Below are positions 50,612-58,913 of a DNA stretch of 64,000 nt, piece by piece (position 1 is the stretch's first letter; each line of letters opens with the position of its first letter). This stretch comes from a bacterium (GTDB lineage: Bacteria; Patescibacteriota; Minisyncoccia; UBA6257; 02-FULL-45-10c): NCBI GenBank assembly GCA_030646555.1, contig JAUSKP010000048.1, positions 2,236 to 66,235 on the forward strand, in the 5' to 3' direction. The notes below the pieces were generated by a model that saw only the letters and a program-made list of their open reading frames with translations, was not told the DNA's origin and ran no database searches. The translations under genes were made by a program, and so were the position numbers.

Positions 50612-51853
50612 ATGCAAAAAGTTATTTATTTTTTTATTTTAATATTCAGCGGCATGGGCCTATTTTTATTTTTTACTTCCAATAACAATTTGAGCCTTTC
50701 CGATATTCCAAAAACAGCCAGCCAAGAAGATGTAGTAGCCGAGAAAAAAATACCCGAACAGGCAAAGCCCGTAGATCCCAAAGCCGACATTGAACCGCAA
50801 AAAAAACTGGAAAATCCTCCGTCTGTAATTAAGGCTATCTATTCAAGCGCCTGGTCAGCCAGCAGCGCTAAAAAAATTGATTATTTTATCAACCTTATTA
50901 AAACCACAGAAGTAAACGCTATTGTTGTTGATATTAAAGATTACACCGGAAATTTGAGCTATAAAAATGATATTGAGTTGGTCAATAAATATGGCGCCAT
51001 AGAAGTGAAAATCACAAAACCAAACGCCTTAATTAAAAAACTGCACGATGAAGGCATATATGTGATAGCCAGAATGGCGGTTTTCCAAGACCCGGCGCTT
51101 GTTAAAGCCAGACCGGACTTAGCATTGCAAAGCATATCCAAAAATAAACCCTGGACGGATTACAAAGGGATCCCTTGGGTGGATACATCTTCAAAAGAAG
51201 TTTGGGACTACAACATTACTATAGCCAAAGACGCGTTAAGCAGGGGATTTGATGAAATAAATTTTGACTACATTAGATTCGCTTCAGACGGAAATATGGC
51301 AGACATCAGATATCCTTTTTATAACTCAAAACTGCAGACAAAGAGACAGGTGATGAACAGCTTTTTTAAATACTTGAGAGAAAATCTGCCTGACGCAAAA
51401 ATGTCCGCTGATTTATTTGGCTACACCACATTGCTTCAGGATGATTTGGGTATCGGACAACATATAGATGATGCTATGCCGTATTTTGATTACATCGCGC
51501 CGATGGTTTACCCATCGCATTACAATAAAGGATTTAACGGCCATACTAATCCGGCGGAATTTCCTTATGACGTAGTTTATACATCTATGTTAAAAGCCGA
51601 GCAACGACTAAATGCTTTTAATGAGTCAACCACGACAATAAAAATAGTTGAATCCAAATTCAGGCCTTGGCTTCAGGATTTTGATTTGGGAGCGGATTAT
51701 GATGCCGCTAAAGTCCGGGCCCAGATTCAGGCGACTTACGACGCGGCCTCCACAACTGAAGCAGGCTCGCCCGCCGAAGCTTCGGCGAAGGCGGGATGGA
51801 TGCTTTGGGCGCCTACAAATATTTATACAAAGGACGCTTTATTAAGCGAGTAA
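50612..51853 (+). CDS. hypothetical secreted protein, possible glycoside-hydrolase-like TIM-barrel (DUF4015-like) fold
   Basis: N-terminal TM/signal; NAIVVDIKDYTGNL...IYVIARMAVFQD...GFDEINFDYIRF pattern. Contains the C-family repeat-encoded segment TEAGSPAEASAKAGW. Confidence 0.5.
   Translation: MQKVIYFFILIFSGMGLFLFFTSNNNLSLSDIPKTASQEDVVAEKKIPEQAKPVDPKADIEPQKKLENPPSVIKAIYSSAWSASSAKKIDYFINLIKTTEVNAIVVDIKDYTGNLSYKNDIELVNKYGAIEVKITKPNALIKKLHDEGIYVIARMAVFQDPALVKARPDLALQSISKNKPWTDYKGIPWVDTSSKEVWDYNITIAKDALSRGFDEINFDYIRFASDGNMADIRYPFYNSKLQTKRQVMNSFFKYLRENLPDAKMSADLFGYTTLLQDDLGIGQHIDDAMPYFDYIAPMVYPSHYNKGFNGHTNPAEFPYDVVYTSMLKAEQRLNAFNESTTTIKIVESKFRPWLQDFDLGADYDAAKVRAQIQATYDAASTTEAGSPAEASAKAGWMLWAPTNIYTKDALLSE
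51764..51799. repeat. C-family palindromic unit inside the coding sequence of ORF 50612-51853
   Basis: GGCTCGCCCGCCGAAGCTTCGGCGAAGGCGGGATGG, containing the perfect palindrome CGCCGAAGCTTCGGCG. Confidence 0.6.
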
Positions 51854-51860
51854 AAGAAAA

Positions 51861-52637
51861 ATGCGATACGAAATAAAATCAGACCAATTCACTGGCCCAC
51901 TGGATAAACTGCTTGAACTGATAGAAGAAAGAAAAATGGAAATAACGGTAGTAAATTTGGCGGAAATTACCAACGATTTCTTAAAATATCTGCAAAGCAT
52001 CAATGAGGAGACAACTCATCCAAGCGTAATTGCTGATTTTATAATAGTCGCCTCAAAACTTTTACTGATAAAATCAAAGGCTCTTTTGCCATCTCTAGAA
52101 CTGACCCCAGAAGAAGAAAACGACATCCAAGATCTTGAGCTTAGATTAAAGATCTATAAAGAATTCTCCGCCAGAGGCGGATCTGCCTTGGGCGGAAAGA
52201 ATGCCGCTCTGAATCTTAAAACTCTGTGGGACAATAAAAAATATTGTTTCGGCAAAGAATTATTCGCTGATTTGCCGCCGATTTTCTATCCGCCCAAAAA
52301 CTTGGAAATTAAAGATCTGATCGGTCCGATAGAAAAAATAATTACTGAGCTTAAAGCTCTTATTCCGGAAAAGAAGACTGTTAAAAAAATAGTCATTTCC
52401 ATTAAAGAAAAAATGGAGGAATTGCTTAACAGATTCAAACAAAAAGCCGAAAATAGCTTTAAAAATGTGGTTGAATCAAAATCAAAGCTTGAAATTATTG
52501 TCTTTTTTCTGGCAATACTACACTTAATACGCGACCGGCTCATCACCTCTACTCAGGAAGACCAATTTTCTGATATAATCATTAAGCAAAAGCCTAAGGA
52601 ATCCGAACCGTTATTAAGCGGAGAACAAAGCATATAA
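51861..52637 (+). CDS. scpA: segregation and condensation protein A
   Basis: F.GPLDLLL.LI......I..V.L..IT..FL.YL N-terminal signature; 258 aa. Confidence 0.8.
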   Translation: MRYEIKSDQFTGPLDKLLELIEERKMEITVVNLAEITNDFLKYLQSINEETTHPSVIADFIIVASKLLLIKSKALLPSLELTPEEENDIQDLELRLKIYKEFSARGGSALGGKNAALNLKTLWDNKKYCFGKELFADLPPIFYPPKNLEIKDLIGPIEKIITELKALIPEKKTVKKIVISIKEKMEELLNRFKQKAENSFKNVVESKSKLEIIVFFLAILHLIRDRLITSTQEDQFSDIIIKQKPKESEPLLSGEQSI

Positions 52638-53227
52638 TGGACAATCTATTATCAAAAATTGAAGCGGTTCTATTTGCCTATGGAGAGCCTATTTCCGTTG
52701 AAAGGCTCGGTAAAATTTTAAAGATAACTTCAGCCGAACTGGAAACAGCCTTAAAAGATCTAGAGATAGAACTAAACAGACAAGAAAGGGGAATTGTCCT
52801 TATTAAAAATGTCGGGAAAATACAGCTCGCAACTAAGCCTGAACTCACCGGTCTTTTGGAAGACATCATAAAACAGGAATTTACCGAAGATCTTACTCCG
52901 GCGGCATTAGAAACCCTTTCTATCATTGCCTATGCCGGTCCTATAAGCCGCGCCGATATTGAATATATCCGCGGAGTTAATTCCAGTTTTACAATGAGGA
53001 ATCTTCTTTTAAGAGGGTTAGTTGAAAGAACAATTGATCCAAAAAGAGCCAATGCGTATATTTATACAGCCAGTTTTGATCTGATCAAAAGATTGGGAAT
53101 TCTAAAAGTAGAAGATCTGCCGGATTATGAAAGATATAAGCAAATGGTAAAAAATCTTCACGAATCATCTCTAAATCCTATCCAGCAAAAAGCCGAGGTT
53201 TTAACCCCCGAAGAACAAAATATTTAA
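52637..53227 (+). CDS. scpB: segregation and condensation protein B
   Basis: IEA.LF..GEP.S...L winged-helix signature, second wHTH (PISRADIE.IRGV); 196 aa. Confidence 0.8.
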   Translation: MDNLLSKIEAVLFAYGEPISVERLGKILKITSAELETALKDLEIELNRQERGIVLIKNVGKIQLATKPELTGLLEDIIKQEFTEDLTPAALETLSIIAYAGPISRADIEYIRGVNSSFTMRNLLLRGLVERTIDPKRANAYIYTASFDLIKRLGILKVEDLPDYERYKQMVKNLHESSLNPIQQKAEVLTPEEQNI

Positions 53228-53229
53228 TT

Positions 53230-54282
53230 ATGCTGTCCCAAACAATAAGATTGTTAATTTTAGCCGGAACCGCTTTTACGGTGGCATTGATATTGACCCC
53301 TGTTTTTATAAAAATACTGGATCGGTTTCATCTCCATAAACAGATTCGCAGCCAAGAATCAGCTCCGGTTTTTTACAGTCTTCATAAACACAAAGAAAAT
53401 ACCCCAACAATGGGCGGGGTGATAATCTGGGTAACTGTTTTAGGGCTAGCTTTTTTAATTTGGATTTTAAGCGATATTTTTGGAGGAGTTTTTGATTATT
53501 TAAATTTTGTTGATAGAGCCCAGACATATCTACCGATAGCGGCCATGCTCATTGCGGCATTGCTAGGCTTGTCAGACGATATATTGGGCGCTCTAAGAAT
53601 AGGGCCGAACGGGGGAGGGCTCAGAATTTCTCAGAAGCTTATTATGTATACTGTTTTGGCCGCCATCGGAGGTTTTTGGTTTTTTTATAGATTAAATTGG
53701 GATGTTTTATATATTCCATTTTGGGGCAATTTAACGATCGGCTGGTGGTACATTCCAATTTTTATATTTGTAATTGTAGCAAGCGCTTTTTCCGCCAATG
53801 AAACCGATGGATTAGACGGACTGGCCGGCGGAGTTATGCTTTTCGCTTTCGTTTCTTTAACGGCTGTGGCTTTTATCTTGGGAAGGTATGATCTGGCAGC
53901 TTTCGGCGCCACGGTCATAGGCGCGCTTTTGGCATTTTTATGGTTTAACATTTATCCGGCAAGATTTTTTATGGGCGACACCGGATCCATGGCTCTGGGA
54001 ATTACAATGGGCGTGATCGCAATGCTCACCAACACGACACTTTTCCTGCCATTATTCGGATTCATTCTGGTAGGAGAATCAATTTCCGTAATAGTCCAAT
54101 TACTAAGCAAGAAAATATTTAAGAGAAAAATATTTTTATCCACGCCGATACACCATCACTTTGAAGCGCTGGGCTGGCACGAAACCAAAGTTACTATGCG
54201 TTTTTGGATCATCTCGGTCATCTCCTGTATTTTAGGCCTGGTGCTTTTTATGATGAGCAAGTTTATGTTTTTAATAAAATAA
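53230..54282 (+). CDS. mraY: phospho-N-acetylmuramoyl-pentapeptide transferase
   Basis: NETDGLDGLAGG and MGDTGSMALG motifs; 10 TM helices; HHHFE. Confidence 0.9.
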   Translation: MLSQTIRLLILAGTAFTVALILTPVFIKILDRFHLHKQIRSQESAPVFYSLHKHKENTPTMGGVIIWVTVLGLAFLIWILSDIFGGVFDYLNFVDRAQTYLPIAAMLIAALLGLSDDILGALRIGPNGGGLRISQKLIMYTVLAAIGGFWFFYRLNWDVLYIPFWGNLTIGWWYIPIFIFVIVASAFSANETDGLDGLAGGVMLFAFVSLTAVAFILGRYDLAAFGATVIGALLAFLWFNIYPARFFMGDTGSMALGITMGVIAMLTNTTLFLPLFGFILVGESISVIVQLLSKKIFKRKIFLSTPIHHHFEALGWHETKVTMRFWIISVISCILGLVLFMMSKFMFLIK

Positions 54283-54325
54283 AAGTAATCAACGAATAGC
54301 GAATTAGTACGAATATACGAATTCC
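54283..54325. repeat. D-family repeat AAGTAATCAACGAATAGCGAATTAGTACGAATATACGAATTCC immediately after the mraY stop
   Basis: About 39/43 identical to 2707-2750, the sequence immediately after the infA stop. Confidence 0.75.
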
Positions 54326-54381
54326 ATCATTGCGAGGCAACTGACTTGTCCGCCATAGCTTCGGCGAAGGTGGAAGCAATC
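54324..54381. repeat. B-family unit with internal C-family hairpin
   Basis: CCATCATTGCGAGGCAACTGACTTGTCCGCCATAGCTTCGGCGAAGGTGGAAGCAATC. Confidence 0.75.
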
Positions 54382-54401
54382 TATAATCCAGTAAATAATT
54401 T

Positions 54402-55484
54402 ATGAAATATCTAAGCAATCTAAACAAAAAGGAACTCAACGGAAAAACCAGTCTTTTAAGAGTGGACTTGAATATTAAATCCCTAAAAGATCATTTTAGA
54501 ATTGATTCGGTTTTGCCAACCATTAAATATCTTCTAAAGAACAGTTCAAAAGTTGTCATATTAAGCCACCGCGGCAGGCCAAATAGTATAGATCCAAAGT
54601 TAAGCCTGCGGCCAATAGCTAAAATAATTTCTCAAAAATTAAAATCAAAGATCAAATTTATTGATTCATTTGCTGACTTTAATTTTTCCACCAGAGGCGG
54701 ATCAGCCTTTGGCTGGAAAAAAATAAAGAAAGAGATCGATTCTGAAAAAAAAGTAAAAGTTTTTGTTTTGGAAAATTTACGATTTCTGTCCGGTGAAGAA
54801 AAAAACAGCAACAACCTGGCTAAAAAACTAGCAAGTCTTGGAGATCTATACATAAATGACGCCTTTGCCGTATCTCACAGAAAAAATGCGTCAGTTTTTG
54901 CGATCACTAAGCACATCAAAAGCTACGCCGGATTACTTATGGAAAAAGAGATAGCGGGACTTACCAAGGCCACAAAAAATCCTAAACAACCATTAATTGT
55001 TGTTCTTGGAGGTACTAAAATAGACACTAAAATAAATATTGTTAAGAATCTAAATTCGCGAACAAAATTCTTTCTTTTAGGGAGTTCTATTTTTAACGAA
55101 ATAAAAAATCCTATAGTTAAAAATATTATTAAAAATAAAAAATGCCTGATACCAATTGATTTTTTTAAAAGAAATGGGAAATTTTTTGATATCGGACCGG
55201 AAACAATTGTCTTATATAAAAAAATAATTTCGGAGGCAAATACTATAATTTGGAACGGACCAGTGGGAATGTTTGAAGATAAAAAATATTCTAAAGGAAC
55301 GGCCAAGATTGCGAGCGCCATAATAAGATCAAAAGCTTTTAAGGTGATCGGCGGGGGAGAAACGGCTAATTTCATCCTAAATAACAAAATGAATAAGAAT
55401 ATAGATCTCCTATCAACCGGGGGCGGAGCTATGCTGGATTTTTTGGCCGGCAAAAAATTGCCAGGCATAGAAGCCTTAAAATAA
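54402..55484 (+). CDS. pgk: phosphoglycerate kinase (divergent)
   Basis: LLRVDLN, VVILSHRGRP, ENLRF...EE, GGGETANF; 360 aa. Confidence 0.75.
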   Translation: MKYLSNLNKKELNGKTSLLRVDLNIKSLKDHFRIDSVLPTIKYLLKNSSKVVILSHRGRPNSIDPKLSLRPIAKIISQKLKSKIKFIDSFADFNFSTRGGSAFGWKKIKKEIDSEKKVKVFVLENLRFLSGEEKNSNNLAKKLASLGDLYINDAFAVSHRKNASVFAITKHIKSYAGLLMEKEIAGLTKATKNPKQPLIVVLGGTKIDTKINIVKNLNSRTKFFLLGSSIFNEIKNPIVKNIIKNKKCLIPIDFFKRNGKFFDIGPETIVLYKKIISEANTIIWNGPVGMFEDKKYSKGTAKIASAIIRSKAFKVIGGGETANFILNNKMNKNIDLLSTGGGAMLDFLAGKKLPGIEALK

Positions 55485-55485
55485 T

Positions 55486-56682
55486 ATGATCAAGTTAAAA
55501 AACACCGATAAGGCCGTCAAAAGACTCATTTTAGCCCTTAAAAATAACGAGAAAATAGGCGTCTGGAGCGACTATGACCCGGACGGTGTATTTGCTTTAA
55601 CCCTAGCCTATGAAGCCCTTTTAAACGCCGGTTTTAAGAAGAATAACCTGGCGCTTTCTTTGCCGAACCAGCATAAATATAGAAGAAGTTTTAATAAATT
55701 TCATTTAAAACTTTTCAAAAAATCAGGCGTCAAATTAATTATCGGCATTGATTTTGGCACAACCGACTTTGAACAGGTCGGCTGGGCAAAAAAAATGGGA
55801 TTTGAAGTGATACTTTTAGACCATCATCGCCAAAGACCGGGCAACTTACCGGCGCTTTTGATAAATCCATACCAAAAAGGAGATGATTCCAAAACTAAAA
55901 ATTGGAGTGGGGCCGGAGTGGCGTATTTATTTTTTGAAAATCTTTATAATTTCTTAAAAATAGATCCCAAAAAACTTGAAAAGAGCATTGATCTAATATT
56001 AATTCCGGCGCTTACCGATTACATACAAATTAATAATGGAAATCTGCCCTATCTTAAAAAAAGTTTGGGAAAAATAAAAGCCGGTGATCGTCCGGGACTC
56101 AATGCTTCTCTAAAACAGATTGGGTTAAATAAAAATCTAGCTATTGAAGATTTTAAGGAAAAAAGGGCTGATTTATGCGATTTTTATGGGACGCTGAATG
56201 GAAATGGAAAACAAAACAACGTTTTTAATTTGCTCTTGTCCAAAAACAAAAAAGACGCTGATAAAATATCGAAACAAATCAAAAAAGATCTTGCGGTTTT
56301 TGAAAAATATATTGATTCAATGGTCGCGCAAGGCATCAAAAAATTCAGATCAGCCAATCAAGCAAAGAAACTTAAATTTATTTTTTGGGGAACAGATAAG
56401 GATATGGGAATGATTGCCACTGGCTCAAAGATAGCCAACAGATTAAATGAATATTTCAGAATTCCAGTTTATTTTTATAACAAAGAAAACAATATTATGA
56501 AAGGTTCGGTTAGAACCAACTATCCCGAAAACTCTGACGCAAATGTGATTGATTCCATGAAAAGTTCCGCTCAATTATTTTTCAGTTTTGGCGGGCATCC
56601 TAGAGCGGCCGGATTCTATATTAAAAAGAAAAACTTGCCATTGTTTGAAAAAGCTTTAAATAAATACTATGGAAACAGTTAA
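55486..56682 (+). CDS. DHH/DHHA1-family phosphoesterase (NrnA/RecJ-like)
   Basis: Motif I VWSDYDPDGV, DHH motif ILLDHHRQRP, DHHA1 GGH motif FSFGGHPRAAGF; 398 aa. Confidence 0.7.
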   Translation: MIKLKNTDKAVKRLILALKNNEKIGVWSDYDPDGVFALTLAYEALLNAGFKKNNLALSLPNQHKYRRSFNKFHLKLFKKSGVKLIIGIDFGTTDFEQVGWAKKMGFEVILLDHHRQRPGNLPALLINPYQKGDDSKTKNWSGAGVAYLFFENLYNFLKIDPKKLEKSIDLILIPALTDYIQINNGNLPYLKKSLGKIKAGDRPGLNASLKQIGLNKNLAIEDFKEKRADLCDFYGTLNGNGKQNNVFNLLLSKNKKDADKISKQIKKDLAVFEKYIDSMVAQGIKKFRSANQAKKLKFIFWGTDKDMGMIATGSKIANRLNEYFRIPVYFYNKENNIMKGSVRTNYPENSDANVIDSMKSSAQLFFSFGGHPRAAGFYIKKKNLPLFEKALNKYYGNS

Positions 56683-57307
56683 ACCGAAAAAATATTACGC
56701 TTATATGCTGACTAACAAAAATCAGTCCGGAATATTGGAAAACTGGAAAGAATGCGAAAAGATTGTTTCCGGAAAAGATGCCAGATATAGAAGCTTCACA
56801 TCCAAGGAAGAAGCTGGAAATTGGCTTAAAAACGGCGCTAACTATGAAGTAAGGCCCTCAAAAAAAATATCTCCCTTCGGGAGACCTCCCGCAGGGAGAG
56901 AAAAGGGGATCTATTTTGATTCCGGCACTGGCCGCAACCAAAAAGTGGAAGTGAGCGTCACCGATGAAAAAGGAAAAGATCTTTTGGACAAGATCAGGCC
57001 AAAAATAAAACTTAACAAATTTGGAAAACATCCGGAGCCTAAAGCTACAAATAATTATGGTGAATTATTAGGCTGTAAATACGCATTACAAATCTCTCTT
57101 AAAGAGAAAAATAAAAAAATATTCGGAGACAGCCAGCTGGTGCTGAACTATTGGTCCAAGGGATTCATAAACAAAAAAGAAATGGATAAAAATACAATCA
57201 AGCTTTCTGAAGATGTGTCAAAATTGCGCAAAAAATTTGAAGAAGCGGGCGGTACGATCGAATTTATTAAAGGTGCCTACAATCCCGCAGATTTGGGTTT
57301 TCATTAA
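56669..57307 (+). CDS. rnhA: ribonuclease HI with N-terminal hybrid-binding (Cauli_VI-like) domain
   Basis: N-domain KKYYAYMLTNKNQSGILENWKECEKIVSGKDARYRSFTSKEEAGNWL; RNase H core GIYFDSGTGRN...NNYGELLG..YAL...GDSQLV. Confidence 0.75.
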   Translation: METVKPKKYYAYMLTNKNQSGILENWKECEKIVSGKDARYRSFTSKEEAGNWLKNGANYEVRPSKKISPFGRPPAGREKGIYFDSGTGRNQKVEVSVTDEKGKDLLDKIRPKIKLNKFGKHPEPKATNNYGELLGCKYALQISLKEKNKKIFGDSQLVLNYWSKGFINKKEMDKNTIKLSEDVSKLRKKFEEAGGTIEFIKGAYNPADLGFH

Positions 57308-57320
57308 ACCATTCAATGGT

Positions 57321-57812
57321 TTATTTGGTAAAAAATTCAAAAAATCGTTCTCGAAAAAAAATAAATAATGTCGCTCCTGACCCAATAATAAAACTTGAAA
57401 CAACCGAGGCGGTATAACCATATTCTCTCGCACACGCCTCAATAAAATACAGTGGCTTGATAAAATCCCTTCCCCTCCAATCAGTTGTTAGAGTGGTATT
57501 TCTATTATTAGCGTCGAGTGGTATGAGTAATTCTTTTTTTATGGCTTTATCAATCAAATCATCTATCTTTTTCCACTGTATTCTAACCAAATTTGTTCCA
57601 TATTCTGTTGCCTGTGTCGGATATTTACCACTTATACATTGATACCATCTGCGTATTGTTGATTTCCAATCTTCATAAAAGTTTTTTTCATGTGCAAGAT
57701 GTATTCTAAAATATGAACGACTTATATTGTCGTTAAACCAATTCGGGGCATTACCATCTTTCGGCCTGTTCGGACGTGTAAAATACCACATTAACCACCA
57801 AAGTTTTATCAT
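57321..57812 (-). CDS. hypothetical protein, AT-rich and Trp-rich
   Basis: 163-aa ORF between rnhA and rnpB; no motif recognised. Confidence 0.4.
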   Translation of the reverse strand: MIKLWWLMWYFTRPNRPKDGNAPNWFNDNISRSYFRIHLAHEKNFYEDWKSTIRRWYQCISGKYPTQATEYGTNLVRIQWKKIDDLIDKAIKKELLIPLDANNRNTTLTTDWRGRDFIKPLYFIEACAREYGYTASVVSSFIIGSGATLFIFFRERFFEFFTK

Positions 57813-57895
57813 AATACTTATTCTACTCCAAAGACATAATTTTTCAATAATTTTTGTATTACTTATGTTTATGGTATAGCCGCTAATTACAATTT

Positions 57896-57924
57896 ATTGA
57901 AATAAACTCCATAATATGTTATAG
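57896..57924 (+). promoter_or_regulatory. sigma70-type promoter for RNase P RNA
   Basis: TTGAAA-17 nt-TATAGT, positioned about 16 nt upstream of the P1 5' strand. Confidence 0.55.
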
Positions 57925-57940
57925 TATTTTTGTTGGCAGT

Positions 57941-58578
57941 TTAGACAGCAGCCGTGATCCGCCTTCGCTAAAGCTATGGCGGACAACGGAGGAAAGTCCG
58001 GACACTCCTCCGATGCAAATCGGAGAGCAGGGTAGCGGGTAACCCCCGTCCAGGACTCTATTTCGATAATAATTCCTAAACGCGTTGCCAGGATAAGTTG
58101 AAAATTTCAAGGCTTGCCGACAAGCCAGTGGATGATTCCACGGCTTGGAGGCATAACACAGAAATTTTCAAGTTAGACCGCAAACCTCCGGGATACAGCC
58201 AATTTTATTTATAACTGCGTTGGTCGTCGGAAATGTAGAATCATCTACTAATTTCCTCCTCCCGCCTGGTTCTAAATAAAATTGGCTAGTATCGCGTTGG
58301 AAACTATTATCGAAATAGAGTCCGATAGTAATATAGAGGTGCGAGCAGAAACGTCTTGTTTTGAAAAGAACAAGGAGACCTGATCTCAAGCTAATCGGTC
58401 TAGTTCAGATATAGAGATAAAAAATCTGAAATGAAACGGCTAAATCCTTACCCGAGTGCAAGGCCGTACTGCGCAAGCAGTGTGCCGCAAGAGCCATTAA
58501 GCAATTAGTGGCCCAGATAAATTGCTGTTATCTATCCGTTAAAAGACAGAACAGAATCCGGCTTATTAGCTGCCAACA
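57941..58578 (+). ncRNA. rnpB: RNase P RNA (bacterial type A) with large internal expansion
   Basis: P4 strands GGAGGAAAGTCCGGAC and ACAGAATCCGGCTTA. P1 pairing GTTGGCAGTT/AGCTGCCAAC. P18-like AGCCATTAAGCAATTAGTGGCCCAGATAAATTGCTG. A ~280-nt AT-rich insertion is closed by the 19-bp helix GGACTCTATTTCGATAATA (58042-58060) / TATTATCGAAATAGAGTCC (58304-58322). Confidence 0.75.
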
Positions 58579-58581
58579 ACA

Positions 58582-58612
58582 AATCCCCTCGCAAGAGGGG
58601 ATTTTGTTTTCT
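58582..58612 (+). terminator. rho-independent terminator after rnpB
   Basis: AATCCCCTC-gcaa-GAGGGGATT followed by TTGTTTTCTT. Confidence 0.75.
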
Positions 58613-58635
58613 TAATTAAAAAGAAAACCCGCTCC

Positions 58636-58845
58636 CTAGTGATAGGGGCGGGTTTTTATCTTTGCCCGGTTTACGAGAATGCTCGCACCGGAATAAAGAA
58701 AGAACAGAGAAATGAGCACTGTATTTATGTTCCGCAGTTCGCGAATGTAAATATGCATTTTAACACCGAGATAAGCCTCTGCCATGAGACCGCACACAGC
58801 GAAGCAGAACAATCCCCAGCAAACATCCTTCTGTTTATTAGACAT
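58636..58845 (-). CDS. hypothetical small membrane protein (2 TM)
   Basis: 69 aa; RBS AGGAGA 5 nt upstream of the ATG; hairpin terminator at 58626-58652 overlapping the stop. Confidence 0.4.
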   Translation of the reverse strand: MSNKQKDVCWGLFCFAVCGLMAEAYLGVKMHIYIRELRNINTVLISLFFLYSGASILVNRAKIKTRPYH

Positions 58846-58913
58846 GAAATTCTCCTAAAGAACAAATTCTTCCGTCTGATAATTCAGACTGAAGTTTTTA
58901 TACTATAACACAC

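Noticed and set aside
57919-58389. ORFs 57919-58110 (-) and 58168-58389 (-)
   Set aside because: Embedded in the RNase P RNA gene (antisense); no translation signals.
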